This document shows, piece after piece, positions 1-12,329 of a stretch of 64,000 nucleotides of DNA (within the stretch, counting starts at the first letter, position 1; the number at the start of each line of letters is the position of its first letter). Source of the stretch: Octopus sinensis (lineage: Eukaryota); NCBI RefSeq assembly GCF_006345805.1, contig NC_042999.1:88598001-88662000 (forward strand), read 5' to 3'. Under the pieces are notes generated by a model, which saw only the letters and a program-made list of their open reading frames with translations, searched no databases and was not told the DNA's origin. A program made the translations under genes and the position numbers.

Positions 1-869
1 CAAAAAAAAAGTAAGAAATCAGAGAGCACAAAACACTTCACTATTTTTCTGTTTACTTTTCGATTGCTCTCAGCAAACTGGTTTCACCTATTTGCAACTG
101 ACATACTTCGATGTTTCTAATAGTCTTGGGAAATATATGTCTGTCATGATTTCTTTTATTTTTCCCAAAGAATATTTGGCTTTAAGTCTATATAGAAAAA
201 AGCCCTCAGCAACATCAGTATTACCAACAATCCAATGTCAACTATGCGGGTGCAATCGATAAAGTACCTGTGCTGATGCATTAGAAGATCCAAAGTTTGG
301 TAATTTTTATTGCTTTTAAGACAAAAATCCTAACAATGACAATTTTGTTATTCATCCCTTCATTAAATATGTAGCAACAATACATCAAGTTTACTAAAAT
401 CTTTCTTCCTACGTTCTCTCTTATATGAAAATAAGTAGCTCTAGTTCCAGACAAAATAATTCTTAATACAACTAGTACTTTTCTATCTGCCTCTGAGCTC
501 AAAGCATAACATGGCTCTATTTAATTGGTTAACTTTCTATCTGTTTTTCTAACCATCCATCTCCAAATCTCTCTCCTTCAATATTTACCTGTCTAAGTAA
601 TATAAATATAAGTATACATGCATACAGATATGCAGACATTCACTCACTCTCATGCACGCACACATACTCAAACAGGGAATTGTATCAAACATATGAGAGA
701 GGAGTGCTTGATGCATCTTGTACAGTATATAGTTTACTGAAACTGAATTCTCATCTCTTGACTTGAGTTTCATGTCACAGTGATATTTAGGTGGAAAATA
801 TATATATGTGTCTGTGTATGTGTGTGTAGATATAGGAGTTTAGTAGGCAGAAACCGAAAGGAGAACATC

Positions 870-1067
870 ATTGATCGCTAGCCACTAAAGCTTTTTTTTA
901 TTATCTCTCTGTTTATTTTTTCATGTTCCTTTCAGTTGAAGAGTGTAGGCTCAAAACATAAAATACTTTCTCACCTTCCTGAGTGTTCAAACTAATACAT
1001 CTGTTTGTTGTTTACATACTAGTCTTCGTCTTGTTTTTTTTTTTGTAAATTCCAACTATATATATAT
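870..1067 (+). mobile_element. Penelope-type terminal-repeat fragment with decayed hammerhead-like motif
   Basis: TTCAGTTGAAGAGTGTAGGCTCAAAACATAAAA resembles the CTGATGA-stem-GAAAC motif of related copies at 7.3 and 7.6 kb; ends in (TA)n. Approximate. Confidence 0.5.
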
Positions 1068-1073
1068 ATATAT

Positions 1074-1300
1074 TCAAGCATGGTCATTGCCAGAAGCGTC
1101 TGACTGGCCCTCGTGCCAGTGGCACATAAAAAGCATCCTCTACACTCTCGGCGTGGTTGGCATTAGGAAGGGCATCGAGCTGTAGAAACTTTGCCAGACC
1201 AGATTGAGCCTGGTGCAGCCTGTGGCTCACCAGTCCTCAGTCAAACCGTCCAACCCATGCCAGCATGGAAAGTGGACGTTAAACGATGATGATGATGATT
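1074..1300 (+). mobile_element. RTE LINE 3' tail fragment
   Basis: GTGGCACATAAAAAGCATCCTCTACACTCTCGG...AACCCATGCCAGCATGGAAAGTGGACGTTAAACGATGATGATGAT; the same tail follows the RTE ORF at 51.6-51.8 kb. Confidence 0.8.
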
Positions 1301-1301
1301 A

Positions 1302-1361
<60 letters not shown>

Positions 1362-2098
1362 GTGGTAAAAAGATGTGGGCCCTGAATGCATAGGACATGT
1401 GAAGGTTAGAAAGGAATGAGACTAGTATGCTCTGCTAGATGTGTAATGTAAGTGTACATATTTGACAGAGTGCTAGGGTTCTGAGATAGAAATTAGGCAT
1501 AAGAGGAATTGGTTGCTGTATGCAAGAGAGAAGACTGCACTGGTTTGATCATGTGATGTGGATGGATGTTGAAAGCTCCATAAAGAAGTGCCAATCTCAA
1601 AGAGGATGGTACCCGTGGAAGTGGGAAACCTAGAAAGACATAGATGAAGTACTGAAGAATGACCTCAAGAAGCTGAACCTTTCAGGCGAGATGACAAAGT
1701 ACCAAGATACCTGGTGCCTGGCCATGCTCAAGAAGACCCATACTCAGCACCAGAAGTGTTATGACTGATCCTTCTGGTGGTGTAAAGCGGTGCCACATAA
1801 AAGCATCTATGTGGTGCCACATAAAAGCATCTGTGCAGCATCATATAAAGGCAACCATTCGGTGCCATGTAAAAGTACCCATGTGGTGTCATGTAAAAGT
1901 GGTGTCACATGAAATCACCCAGCACACTCTGTAAAGTGGTTGGTGTTATGAAGGGCATCCAACCATAGAAGCAATGCCAAATTAGACTAGTGTCTGGTAC
2001 AGTCCTCCCCCCCCCCAACTTCACCAACTTGCTAGTTCTGGTCACACCATCTAACCTATGCCGGTGTGGACAACAGACATTAAATGATGATGATAATG

Positions 2099-2100
<2 letters not shown>
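1362..2100 (+). mobile_element. 5'-truncated decayed RTE LINE (RT C-terminus, 3'UTR, GAT tail)
   Basis: Broken frames resemble WAL..EDM.RLERNE.SML.WMCNV, RLHWFDHVM and RGSGKPRKT, as in the better copy at 50.5-51.1 kb; 24-bp tandem array at 1789-1920. Confidence 0.8.
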
Positions 2101-2132
<32 letters not shown>

Positions 2133-3589
2133 GTGTGTATGTAGGGTGGTGCTGATGATGACGACGATGATGATTTATAATCACATATACACTTTTTCTA
2201 TAAAATATGACAGCGTATTTACTCGGCATCTGATACATGCAAATTGTGATATGGGAATTTGATCTGAGGAACCCTCCCCACTGTCATTGAATGTTGATCA
2301 TGAAGGATTTATTTCATCATGCAGTGGGTAGCAATGAAAGATCTGACATTTAACCCTTTATGTCCTAACAGTATTTATGAGTAACAGCAGACCAATATCC
2401 TATTTGCTATGGAGCCACTTGCCATACCCTGTTGGTGCTTTTCTGTAATAATAGACAATAGTTTCTTTAAAGCTCAAAAGATGGTATTACAAAATGTTTT
2501 ATGGTTGTCATTCAAGAAACATAGTTAGAAATCTTGAAGAATATGTTATCTTCTTTCTCAGGGGAGGGGCTATAGAGAATTATATAGAAAGTTCCCTTAA
2601 TAGTCGGGACTTGATAGACCCAACTTGTTTTGCAGAGTGACCTCCACAGGTGGCTGCTCTGGTACTGGAAGAAAGGGACTTCTATCATATAAAGGACTCC
2701 TTCTCAAAGGCAGAGTACAGATCTTGTTTATGGGCCTCCAACTTGCAGTTGCGGGAATGCTTGCAGAAGGCAAGAAAGTTATTTAGGGACTCATTTGTGT
2801 AATAGGTTTTTCACCTATTAAATTGTTTATAATTGTAATGAACTTTTTAGTCCATAAAATGTAATAAAATTGTAAGAGGGTTAATACCTCATTCAGTATT
2901 TTTAAAAAGAACAATGTTTTAGAGAAGCAAAGTCGGCGGGCACTTTTTGTCTTCTCCCATCCTTATAATCCTTGTATCTTTATCATTCATCTCATTAATG
3001 TCTGTGCCCAGCCTGCAAGCTTCCTTACCCTATGTACTGCTTTTATGGCAAATTTAACAAAATAAAGAAACATAGTTGTCACATTAAGCATGGGGAAATG
3101 TGAATGTTTGTAACATCTATAACAGTATTAACTTTCCACTTATACGTGTAAGTATTAATGCAATATTTGCCAACTGAAATTTTTAAAAATCAACTTTAAT
3201 GTCACTTTGTGCTTGTTATTACTATTTTGTTCATCTATTTCTATATATTCTGTAATTATTTGTGCAGTATAAAAAATTGTCAGCATAAAACTTGAAATTT
3301 TGTTAATATAGGATTGAAAAGACTAAGCAAATATATTTGTTCCTTGTATTATTATTTATTTAATAGTTAACGTGATCTTATTGGCTTTCATTCATGACAA
3401 TGCTAAACAATATTTAAAGTGTAACATAATAAATTATGGTACATATTGAAATCTATTTATGAAATTTTATTTTATTATTTCGATTTATTTTCATGATTCT
3501 GATTATGTAACAGAATCAGAAATAAGGAAAGCTAAAACAACTATGGCCACTATTTCAAAATGAAATCACTGTTCTCATGATATTTCATT

Positions 3590-3810
3590 TAAAATAAAAG
3601 TTGTGCAATAAGCTACAGTAATAGCTGCAAAACTGGAGTTCAGTTTGGTATTTCAGAAAAACATGTCTGTGAAGGGTGGACATGCTCTCTTTTCCTGTAG
3701 AGGAACAGCAACTAAAGAAATGGCTCCTTGGTCTCAGATAAGATAGCCAGCATATAACAAAAGGGGCCAATATACCTGAAGGTTAAGAAGTTAACCTGCT
3801 GCCCAGAATC
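3590..3810 (+). pseudogene. pogo-family transposase N-terminal relic (Brinker/CENP-B HTH)
   Basis: Interrupted frames read FKIKVVQ*A, FGISEKHV and FPVEEQQLKKWLLGLR*DSQHIT, matching the pogo pattern FKLKVV..A...FGISEK.V / FP..E..L..W...R..G..VT. Confidence 0.55.
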
Positions 3811-3898
3811 AACATGCTGATGAGAGACTAGATTAGGTTAAAGGCTGCCTTTTGACATGGATTACAAATTTTCAGCATTATATGATTAAAAATAAAAA

Positions 3899-4150
3899 TA
3901 AATGCGCTCTTTTAAAGCCTAGCCAAGCTCATGGGCCCAGTTTCTTGATTTTAATGGTGTATGTGTTCTCCAGCTAGACGGGACGCCAGTCCATCACAGC
4001 ATTACTCATTTTTGCCAGCTGAGTGGACTGGAGCAACGTGAAATTAAGAGTTTTGCTCAAGAACACAATGCGTTGCCCGGTCCAGGAATCGAAACCACAA
4101 TCTTACGATCATGGTACTGACACCCTAATCACTAAGCCATGCGCCTCCAC
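3899..4150 (-). mobile_element. tRNA-headed SINE, family B
   Basis: Minus strand GTGGAGGCGCATGGCTTAGTGATTAGG (A box) and GGTTTCGATTCC (B box); core GATGGACTGGCGTCCCGTC; close copies at 11164 and 12330. Confidence 0.85.
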
Positions 4151-4902
4151 ATTATATAATTAGGCTTTTAGTTATTCATCATTATCAAGTCCACCAAATC
4201 AGAAATATTGCTAAAACAGCCATATTTTTAACACCTCCCCACCCACCCAATAAAAAGACAGCATATATTGTTTGAATGTCACAATTACAATAAGGCTTCA
4301 GCATTCATATCTGTTACAACAGTTCACAAGTTTCGATATTTTCTATCAATTGTGATTGTAGGTAGTTATGGGTCTTATACTTGAATCAGCTGTGATCCGT
4401 GATCATCCATACACATAAAGGTATCTTATAGTCAAGAAATTTACTTCCCAATGATATGATTTTGACTCCAGCTACACTGTGTAGTACCTTCGGCAACTGT
4501 TTCCCAGGACCAACTAAAGCCTTGTGAATGGATTTAGTTGATGGAAACTGAAATACATATATGTGTACTTCATTCAAATATATATGTATGTGTCTATTTG
4601 TATGCAGTGTATGTATGTGTGTGTCTGTGTGTATATGTAGATGTACTTAGGGGTAGTTTGTCTCACCTTCTCCTTACATCATGTGATAGTTGTAAAATGA
4701 GCATCAGTCATACAAGTGGTGTCATCCATTTCTAAATTTCCAGTCTTCCATGGAAACATGTCCACCCATGTGGGAATATCACCCAGGTTGGAAACAGAGA
4801 GGGTATCCAGTTACAGAAAAAATTTGACTCAACAAATCTTATCTGACCCATGCCAGCATGGAAAAGTATACATTAAAAATTATTATATATATAGTAGGTA
4901 CA

Positions 4903-6325
4903 GGAGTGGCTGTGTGGTAAGTAGCTTGCTTACCAATCACATGGTTCCAGGTTCAGTCCCACTGCATGGCATCTTAGGCTGGTGTATTCTACTATAGCCT
5001 TGGGCTGACCAAAGTCTTGTGAGTGGAAACTGTAAGAAGCCCATCGTATATATATATATAAAAATACAAACTGGGACAAGAACGCAAAACATTTAGAAGA
5101 CGATACAAAAAACACGGACGGGACATTCGAAGCCTTCAATCTCCAGTCAAGAACCGGATCATCCTCGCAATTTCAGCTGATTAACCTTGAGATTGCTCCG
5201 ATCTGGCCAGCCCCAAAGGAAAATCTAAGCCAGGCGCATTAGATTCCTTGGAAGAAAGACGGAAAAACAGACGATGTTACACAAATAAGAATACAAAAAT
5301 ACATAAAAACAATAATGATAATAATAACAAAAACAGGACGTCACAGACAGGTGTCTTTCGACAGGATGAGTAAACTTTGAGCTGGCATGTTAGAAAAATG
5401 CCTTAGGGCAGGGAGAGAAAAAATGTGTCTTGCCACGACTGCTAAGCACGAAAGGCTGGTAATTGGTCAGTCAGTCACGTGTGAGGAGAAGAGAGAGGAA
5501 AAGGGGAACAAGGAACAAAGGAGGAGGAAAAGAGAGAGAGCGAGAAAGAGACACATCAAAGTGGAGTGCAAAGTGTCAAAGGCAGAGAAATGTAAGAGAG
5601 GGGGGAGAGAGACAGTGTTATAGAGTCGTACCAAGTTTAAAGAAATATGTACTTACATACAAGACCAAAAGGGTACAGGCGCCGCTATATATATATATCT
5701 AAAAAAATATAAACTGGGACAATAACGCAAAACATTAAGAAGACGATACAAAAAACACGGACGGGACATTCGAAGCCTTCAATCTTCAGTTAAGAATCAG
5801 ATCATCCTCGCAATTTCGGCTGATAAATCTTGAGATTGCTCCGATCTGGCCAGCCCTAAAGGAAAATCTAAGCCAAGCGCATTAGATTCCTTGGAAGAAA
5901 GCCTTGAATGTATACAAAACAAGGACGGAAAAACGGATGATGTTACACGAATAAGAATACAAAAATACGTAAAATCAATAATGATAATAATAACAAAAAC
6001 AGGACGTCACAGACAGGCATCTTTCGACAGGACGAGTAAACTTTGAGCTGGTGTGTTAGAAAAATGCCTTAGGGCAGAGAGAGAAAAAATGTATCTTGCC
6101 TCGACATATATATATATGTATGTGTGTGTCCCCCAACATTGCTTGACAACCGATGCTGGTGTGTTTATGTCCCCGTAATTTAGTGGTTTGGCAAAAGAGA
6201 CCAATAGAATAAGTACTAGGCTTACACAGAATAAGTCCTGGGGTCGATTTGCTCGACTAAAGGCAGTGCTCCAGCATGGCCACACTCAAAATGACTGAAA
6301 CAAGTAAAAGAATAAAAGAAAAGAA
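4903..6325 (+). mobile_element. tRNA-headed SINE, family A, split by an insertion in its internal microsatellite
   Basis: Head GTGGCTGTGTGGTAAGTAGC...GGTTCAGTCCC at 4906-4950; body resumes at about 6116 and ends GACTGAAACAAGTAAAAGAATAAAAG; uninterrupted copy at 34170-34510. Confidence 0.85.
5061..6105 (-). mobile_element. Partial-tandem insertion of two truncated copies (Penelope-like architecture)
   Basis: Direct repeats 5061-5439 and about 5704-6105 (about 90% alike, 23-bp indel) separated by a purine-rich spacer and (TA)n; both flanks are (TA)n. Family assignment is inferred. Confidence 0.6.
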
Positions 6326-6499
6326 TCTATATAGTTTAGGACAATCAGTAAGTTGTCATAATAGGACACAGAGTTTCAAATGCCGGAGCTACAATGCATT
6401 CTCATGTGTGTATATGTGTATACACACACACACACACACACACATGCTCACACGAGCCATGAAGTAAAATCTTATGCATCTATCTACCTATTGACTTTC

Positions 6500-6535
<36 letters not shown>

Positions 6536-6610
6536 ATGGATAATGAAACAAATGGTTTACACCTGGTAGGTGACTAGTAAAGCACGGTCACTTTCACAGT
6601 GATCGTTGTG

Positions 6611-7200
6611 TATATGGCAATCAAAAGACAGAAGATGGAATATATGAGAATTCAATATTAATCACAATTGTTTTGACTTATCTCACATCAATCCCTCATG
6701 GGTAAGACACTGGTTCAGGAGCATCCGGTGGTGCAGATGTATCTCGTCGGGTGATAAATAGATACAGCTCATAAAAATAACAGTTCCACAATGTAACTTC
6801 TTGTTTTGTAGAAAGAAAAGCAACCAGATGGAGGAAATATCTTCATTTATATAGAAGATCAAAAATGAAACCACAGATGGAAAAAGAGAGAAATGAACAT
6901 GCAATATGGCGAGAAAACTCATATTGCCTGTTCGTTTCTCATTTTTTCAATCTGAGATTTTATTTTTGATCTTCTATATAAATGAAGATATTTCCTCTGT
7001 TATTACATTGCAGAACTGTTATTTTAATGAGTTGTATCTATTTATCACCCGATGAAATACATCTGCACCGCCAGATGCTCCTGAACCAGGTGTTGAGTGT
7101 CCCCCTACATGAGGGATTGATGCTAGGTGTGTCAAAATAATTGTCATGATTAATACTAAATTCTTATATATTCCATCTTTTGTTTTTCATTTGCCATATA
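6611..7200. mobile_element. About 590-bp fold-back (MITE-like) element
   Basis: Termini TATATGGCAA...TTGCCATATA; arms complementary along their length up to centre GCAATATG-(11 nt)-CATATTGC at 6901-6927; about 30 bp extra in the left arm. Confidence 0.85.
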
Positions 7201-7222
7201 TATATATATATATACATATATA

Positions 7223-7257
<35 letters not shown>

Positions 7258-7269
7258 CCGCGTGTGTAT

Positions 7270-7461
7270 CGTTGGCAATTTTTTCCTCCGTCTTCCCTTC
7301 CTTGGATCTTTCCTTTTCCTACGCCTCTGATGAAGAACTCTGCTCAAAATGTTAAATCCTCCTTCTTTCTTTCCTTTCCTGAGCGTCCAATAACACTATA
7401 CTTGTTCCACGTCCTCACGTTGTTGTGTTTTCTCTTTGTGTATTCATGTTTGGATTAACTA
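7270..7461 (+). mobile_element. Penelope-type terminal-repeat fragment with decayed hammerhead motif
   Basis: CTGATGAAGAACTCTGCTCAAAATGTTAAA at about 7327-7356; ends in (TA)n. Confidence 0.55.
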
Positions 7462-7495
7462 TGTATATATATATATATATAAATATATATATATA

Positions 7496-7690
7496 GTCAA
7501 ATTTAATAAAGGAACAATAAAAATAATAACAAACAACAAGAGGACATGCACATAGAATGTATTAGTTTGACACTTGGTAAAAAGAGAGAGTTTTTGAAGT
7601 TTCGAACATAGCTCTTCATCAGAAAGGAAAAAGGAAAAGAGAAAAGAAGGGAGAGAAAACACCAACAGCACATGTGTAGCTACCCCAACA
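7496..7690 (-). mobile_element. Penelope-type terminal-repeat fragment, tail-to-tail with the previous copy
   Basis: Minus strand CTTTCTGATGAAGAGCTATGTTCGAAACTTCAAAA then TGTCAAACTAATACA, shared with the 870-1067 and 37675-37860 copies. Confidence 0.6.
7596..7626 (-). ncRNA. Candidate minimal type-I hammerhead ribozyme core (possibly inactive)
   Basis: CUGAUGA-A-GAGC-UAU-GUUC-GAAA-C-UUC: both conserved core boxes and a 4-bp stem II are present; stems I and III are weak. Confidence 0.35.
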
Positions 7691-10600
7691 GCACATGTGT
7701 ATACACACACACAAGTCATGAAGTAAAATCATTTTCTTATGCATTTATCTACCTATCGACTTTCTCTATGCTGTTTTTCTTTTTGTTTTGTTTGTTTCTT
7801 TTTGGCAAAATATATTGATCTAAAGTCATTGCTCTATTCATTGTATAATATTTTTAAAGAAATGTCCAAACAGTATCAATCCATTCATTATTGAGCAAAA
7901 TATTTCTAAATTGAACAATGACTTAGATTTGAAAAAAAATCATTTGTTATTAACCAAGTTAGCAACCATCTGGGAAAACACTAACGTTATAGAACTTTTA
8001 AACATTCACTAATGCTTTTAATGACAAAAAAAAATTGAATCATTCAAGTTAAATTTTGTTTTGTCATTCACAGTCATTCTGCTGCAAGGCTCCAGAGACT
8101 TAAACCTTGAATCAAACAAAATTATCCATTCGTTTTCAGAAACATTTTAATAATTTTAATCTATTACTTCCAATTGTTGAAGTTATATGTGGTTCTGTTG
8201 GTTTTTGTTAGTAAAATACGATAAGTTATTCAGTTCATTTTTTTGCTTAACGCAACCAAAATTCTATTACAGAAGATTGAAAGTAAGAAGCTAGTAATGT
8301 CTTTTACTAAGTTACTGATTCAATATTAAATATATAAGTTCAAAGTTCACTTCTTACAATGCAATTTAACAAGGTTATACTTCAATGCAGGAAAAGCTGA
8401 AATTTTTCTTAAAGGGTTACAAAGCAATGTTAATATATTAATGTTTTCTTAGATTTACTTTTAGACTATTGTTTTTATCTCTGCTCTTATTTGAAGTACC
8501 ACAAATCTTCCTTTTCTGTCTTTCTTTGACTTAATATCCTCTTTCCATCTTATTTTCTCTACCATTTTCAAGTCTTTTTTTTTTTTTGTTCTATTTTATT
8601 TTATTTATTTATTTACTTTTTATGCTATGCAATTCAAAGTGTAAAGTATCTTCAAATGTTTTAGAATATTTCCATAAGGTATAAATGATATCAATAAATA
8701 TTTCTGAGAAAAATTAATACAAAATATGTTTTCCCAGTATTTGATTTATAATAATTTTGTCATCAGCTTATTTATTGCTTTTATTACAACAACATTGCTG
8801 CTTATCTTAAAATTAACACCAAGTTTTGTGTATTTGCAGTTTTTTCTGCCCCTACCTACTCTTGCCCCATAAAAAAATTCATGTTTCTTTCAAAATTATT
8901 AATTTCTATTTGATAATTTCCTGGTATTTTTATACAATAATTTATAGTTTGGTGAACAGTTACTACATCAAAAGTACATTTTCTTCAGCCATTTAAATGT
9001 GTAACCATCTTAGAGTTGATCTATGTTCAGTCTGAACACTTTGGAAACTTATGAAAGAACTCATTTCAATTCTACGTGTGAACAGTAGGGAGTGTAAAAA
9101 TCTCTAGAAAGATTTAATCTCAAGTAGGTAAAGAAAGTAAAACAATGGTGTTTTGAATCTTTCAAAGTTAGGAGAGGAACCTTTTAAAACTCTTTGAATA
9201 ACCACTAGTTCAATGTTATTCTTGGCAATCACAACAAATACACAATATATTTAAGTCTATTGTTTAAGATATATGACAATATTTTGTATATTTTTGTTTT
9301 TCCATTATGTCTACATATAATTTTGCTCATGAATGCATTTATCACTTTAAAATTGTTGCTATTAATTTTACAACTTCCACAATAACAAAACACTGGTACA
9401 ATTTGAACTTGAAAGCATATGATCTTGAGTCTCATATTCTGCTATTAAACGACCACTCTATTATTCCAAACAATAAGAAATGAACAATGTAACTTTGACA
9501 AAAAAAATATAGAAAATAGAGAACAGAATTTGTTATTCCATTGCTGGAAATATAATTGTATTGAGATCATGCATATAGATTTTTTGGCATTCAATAATCA
9601 ATGAAAGAGAGAAAATAGGAAAAGTTTACTTTAATTCAAATTAATTATACAAATGGATAATAAATTGTATCAGAGAATGAAGCTAAGAAAAAGTTTGAAA
9701 CAGTTGAGAACAATAAAATCAATAAGATAAAGTGTCCACAACAATAGGTGAATGGTATCAGATATAATTCAGAGAGGAAAAAGAACTCAAGATCAGTATA
9801 TGTCATCAGTTGCTTTGGCCTTACACACAGGCTGGCTTTTACACATCACTCTTTAGAATTAAGATGTCAGCCATAGATGTTGAGTTATCTGGTAAATATA
9901 ACCTATTTGCTTTGGTTATCATCTTACGAAGTGACCATAGTATTTATTGAATTGCATTATAAATGGTGATATTGTGCAGTTGACTAATTTTAGAACTGAC
10001 AAATATCAGTAGGGGTTTTGTGTCAAAAGAGCAACATAACCTTCATCTAACCTTATACAGAAGTCTTTTATCACAAAAATAAAACTTAGCAATCATTATG
10101 GAAGTTAGTGGTTAACTGGGACTTTTTTTGAATATTAATTACTTTTGGCCTGTTGTTGTTGCTATTGTTATTATTGATTTACCTACAGTCTATTGTACTG
10201 ATAGAATCTTAGCTATTCTTCTGATTTACTAAGTTGTTAGTTCATTTTTTTTCTTACTTTCTAATAATTCAGTGTATCTCTTCCTCTTATGAATTAAAAT
10301 GTCAGCAATGGTTTGGATAGCTTGACCTTTCTGATCTTTCCCAAATGGTCCTCATACTTATGTGAAGGTACACGAAACACACTTATATACACATCCTTCA
10401 CTCTCTTGTATTTAGATGTTAACGCAAAGCTAAAAGAAGAATCTTGAATTTACTGTTTGCCATGCATTTTTCAATGGAATCTTTGTTGAGATAGATTTAG
10501 CAAAATTTTTGGCAGTTGCATTTTGTTGAAGCAATTCTGTTTTACATCTAGATGTCTTTCCCATGGCTAAGTATTTAATTCTAAATCTAGCTAGAATCTC

Positions 10601-11163
10601 TTCATAAGCTAGACAACCTCAGGTAAACAAAGTTATTTATCATTTTAGATACAATGCACAAGATTTACAACTGTATCGTTTGAACATATGATTGCGCAGT
10701 TTCAATAGTCACCATTTTAATCTCAGATAAATATATTGCAATGATAAACAAACACAAGATTAAGTAATATTTTGGGATGGTTATCCCCACCCCACCACAA
10801 ATAAACACATACACTATATATCCATTCTTTATTTCAGATTTATTATTATTCGTATTTTATGTCCTTTGTCTGAAAATCTTTTGTCACACATCCTGTGACC
10901 TCTTCAGCAACTCTCCATCCAACATGTCTCCGCTTCCATTTAGTCCACTCTCTAGATCGTTTTCTCTTTATCACAAAATTAAGCAACCTGATCCTTTCTT
11001 TAACCATTAAAAATTAGTAGATCTTCCTAAATTCTTCAACAGTTATTTAGAAATCTAGATTATATCATATGTCCATATTACTTCTATTGATAATATCGTG
11101 ATACTAAATGTTATGGTGAAATAAAGAGTAAATACTGTTTGCAAAGCAATTTTGTATATATGT

Positions 11164-11417
11164 ATAAATGCGCCCATTTAAAGCCTAGCCAGGCTCATGG
11201 GTCTGATATCCCAGTTTCTATGGCGTATGTGTTCCCCAGCTGGACGAGACACTAGTCCATCACTGTGTTACTCATTTTTGCCAGCTGAGTGGACTGGAGC
11301 AACATGAAATGAAGTGTTTTGCTCAAGAACACAACGCATCACCCAGTCCAGGAATTAAAACCACAATCTTATGATCATGATGCTGACACCCTAACCACTA
11401 AGCCACGTGCTTCCACA
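11164..11417 (-). mobile_element. SINE family B
   Basis: Colinear with 3899-4150. Confidence 0.85.
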
Positions 11418-11536
11418 TACATACATATGTAATTTTATTAGATTTTAAAGTTTCTTGACAAAATCTTCAAAATAGAAAAGATGAATAGGTTGATTCTCAC
11501 ATTGTACTGAATAAGGTAGAACTATATATATATTTG

Positions 11537-11875
11537 TGGAAGCACATGGCCTAGTGGTTAGAGCAGTGGACTCACGGTTGGGGGATTGTAGGTTCAAATC
11601 TCAGACTGGGCAATGTGTGTGTTTATGAGTGAGACACCTAAGCTCCATGCAGATCCAGTAGAAAGCAATAGTGAACTTCTACTGACTCTTCCACCACAAC
11701 TTTCTCTCACTCTTTCCTCCTGCATCTAGCAGCTCACTTGTGACAGACCAGCATCCCATCCAGTTGAGGAACCTATATGCCAATGAAACTAGGAAACTAG
11801 CCCTTATGAGCCAGACATGGTTCGAGAAGGAACAAACAGCAAAGGAATAAGTCATGTTTTCTGTCAGCAGATCCA
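11537..11875 (+). mobile_element. tRNA-headed SINE (B-related variant)
   Basis: A box TGGCCTAGTGG, B box GGTTCAAATC; later GACAGACCAGCATCCCATCCAG core. Confidence 0.75.
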
Positions 11876-12147
11876 ACTGAATTCATGCAAAAACAATATC
11901 ACCCTGGAATATTCAATGATATTAGTTTCTCTTTGTATGAAACATTCAGTTACCATTTATGTACAATAATAATTCTTATGTGATAATTCTTCAAACCAAG
12001 TATGTAGTAAAAGAGCATTAGAATACATAATGATGAGTCAGTGGAATAATCTGTATTGTTTTATTACTGTTAATAAAACCTGAGCAAGATGACAGAACTT
12101 GTCCTCACCATAAAATGCAGGGTTTAAACCATTTCCTTTCAAGATGT

Positions 12148-12310
12148 GGTCATGGCTGTGCGGTTAAGAAGTCAGCTTCCCAATTACATGATTTCAGGCT
12201 CAGTTGTAGTGCATGACCCCTTGGGCAAATATCTTGTATTATAGTCCCAAGCTAACCAAAACTTTGTGAATGGATTTTGGTTGAAAAAATTGAAAGAAGC
12301 CCAGTACATA
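12148..12310 (+). mobile_element. SINE family A head fragment
   Basis: ATGGCTGTGCGGTTAAGAAG...GAATGGATTTTGGTTGAAAAAATTGAAAGAAGCCC. Confidence 0.7.
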
Positions 12311-12329
12311 TATACATACATAATAATAA

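Noticed and set aside
281-502. Minus-strand 73-aa ORF as the last exon of the ARM-like gene
   Set aside because: The upstream acceptor context is purine-rich and the peptide has no recognisable motif; the length is within chance.
2638-2640. Selenocysteine reading of the in-frame TGA
   Set aside because: No recognised selenoprotein motif and no SECIS seen; a TGG to TGA change or chance is simpler.
3899-4150. tRNA genes suggested by A and B boxes
   Set aside because: Boxes are fused to SINE bodies repeated across the window; no complete cloverleaf.
5120-5150. Hammerhead in the partial-tandem element (CTGAAGA...CGAATGTC, minus strand)
   Set aside because: Both copies have GAAT rather than GAAA, and stem II cannot close a loop.
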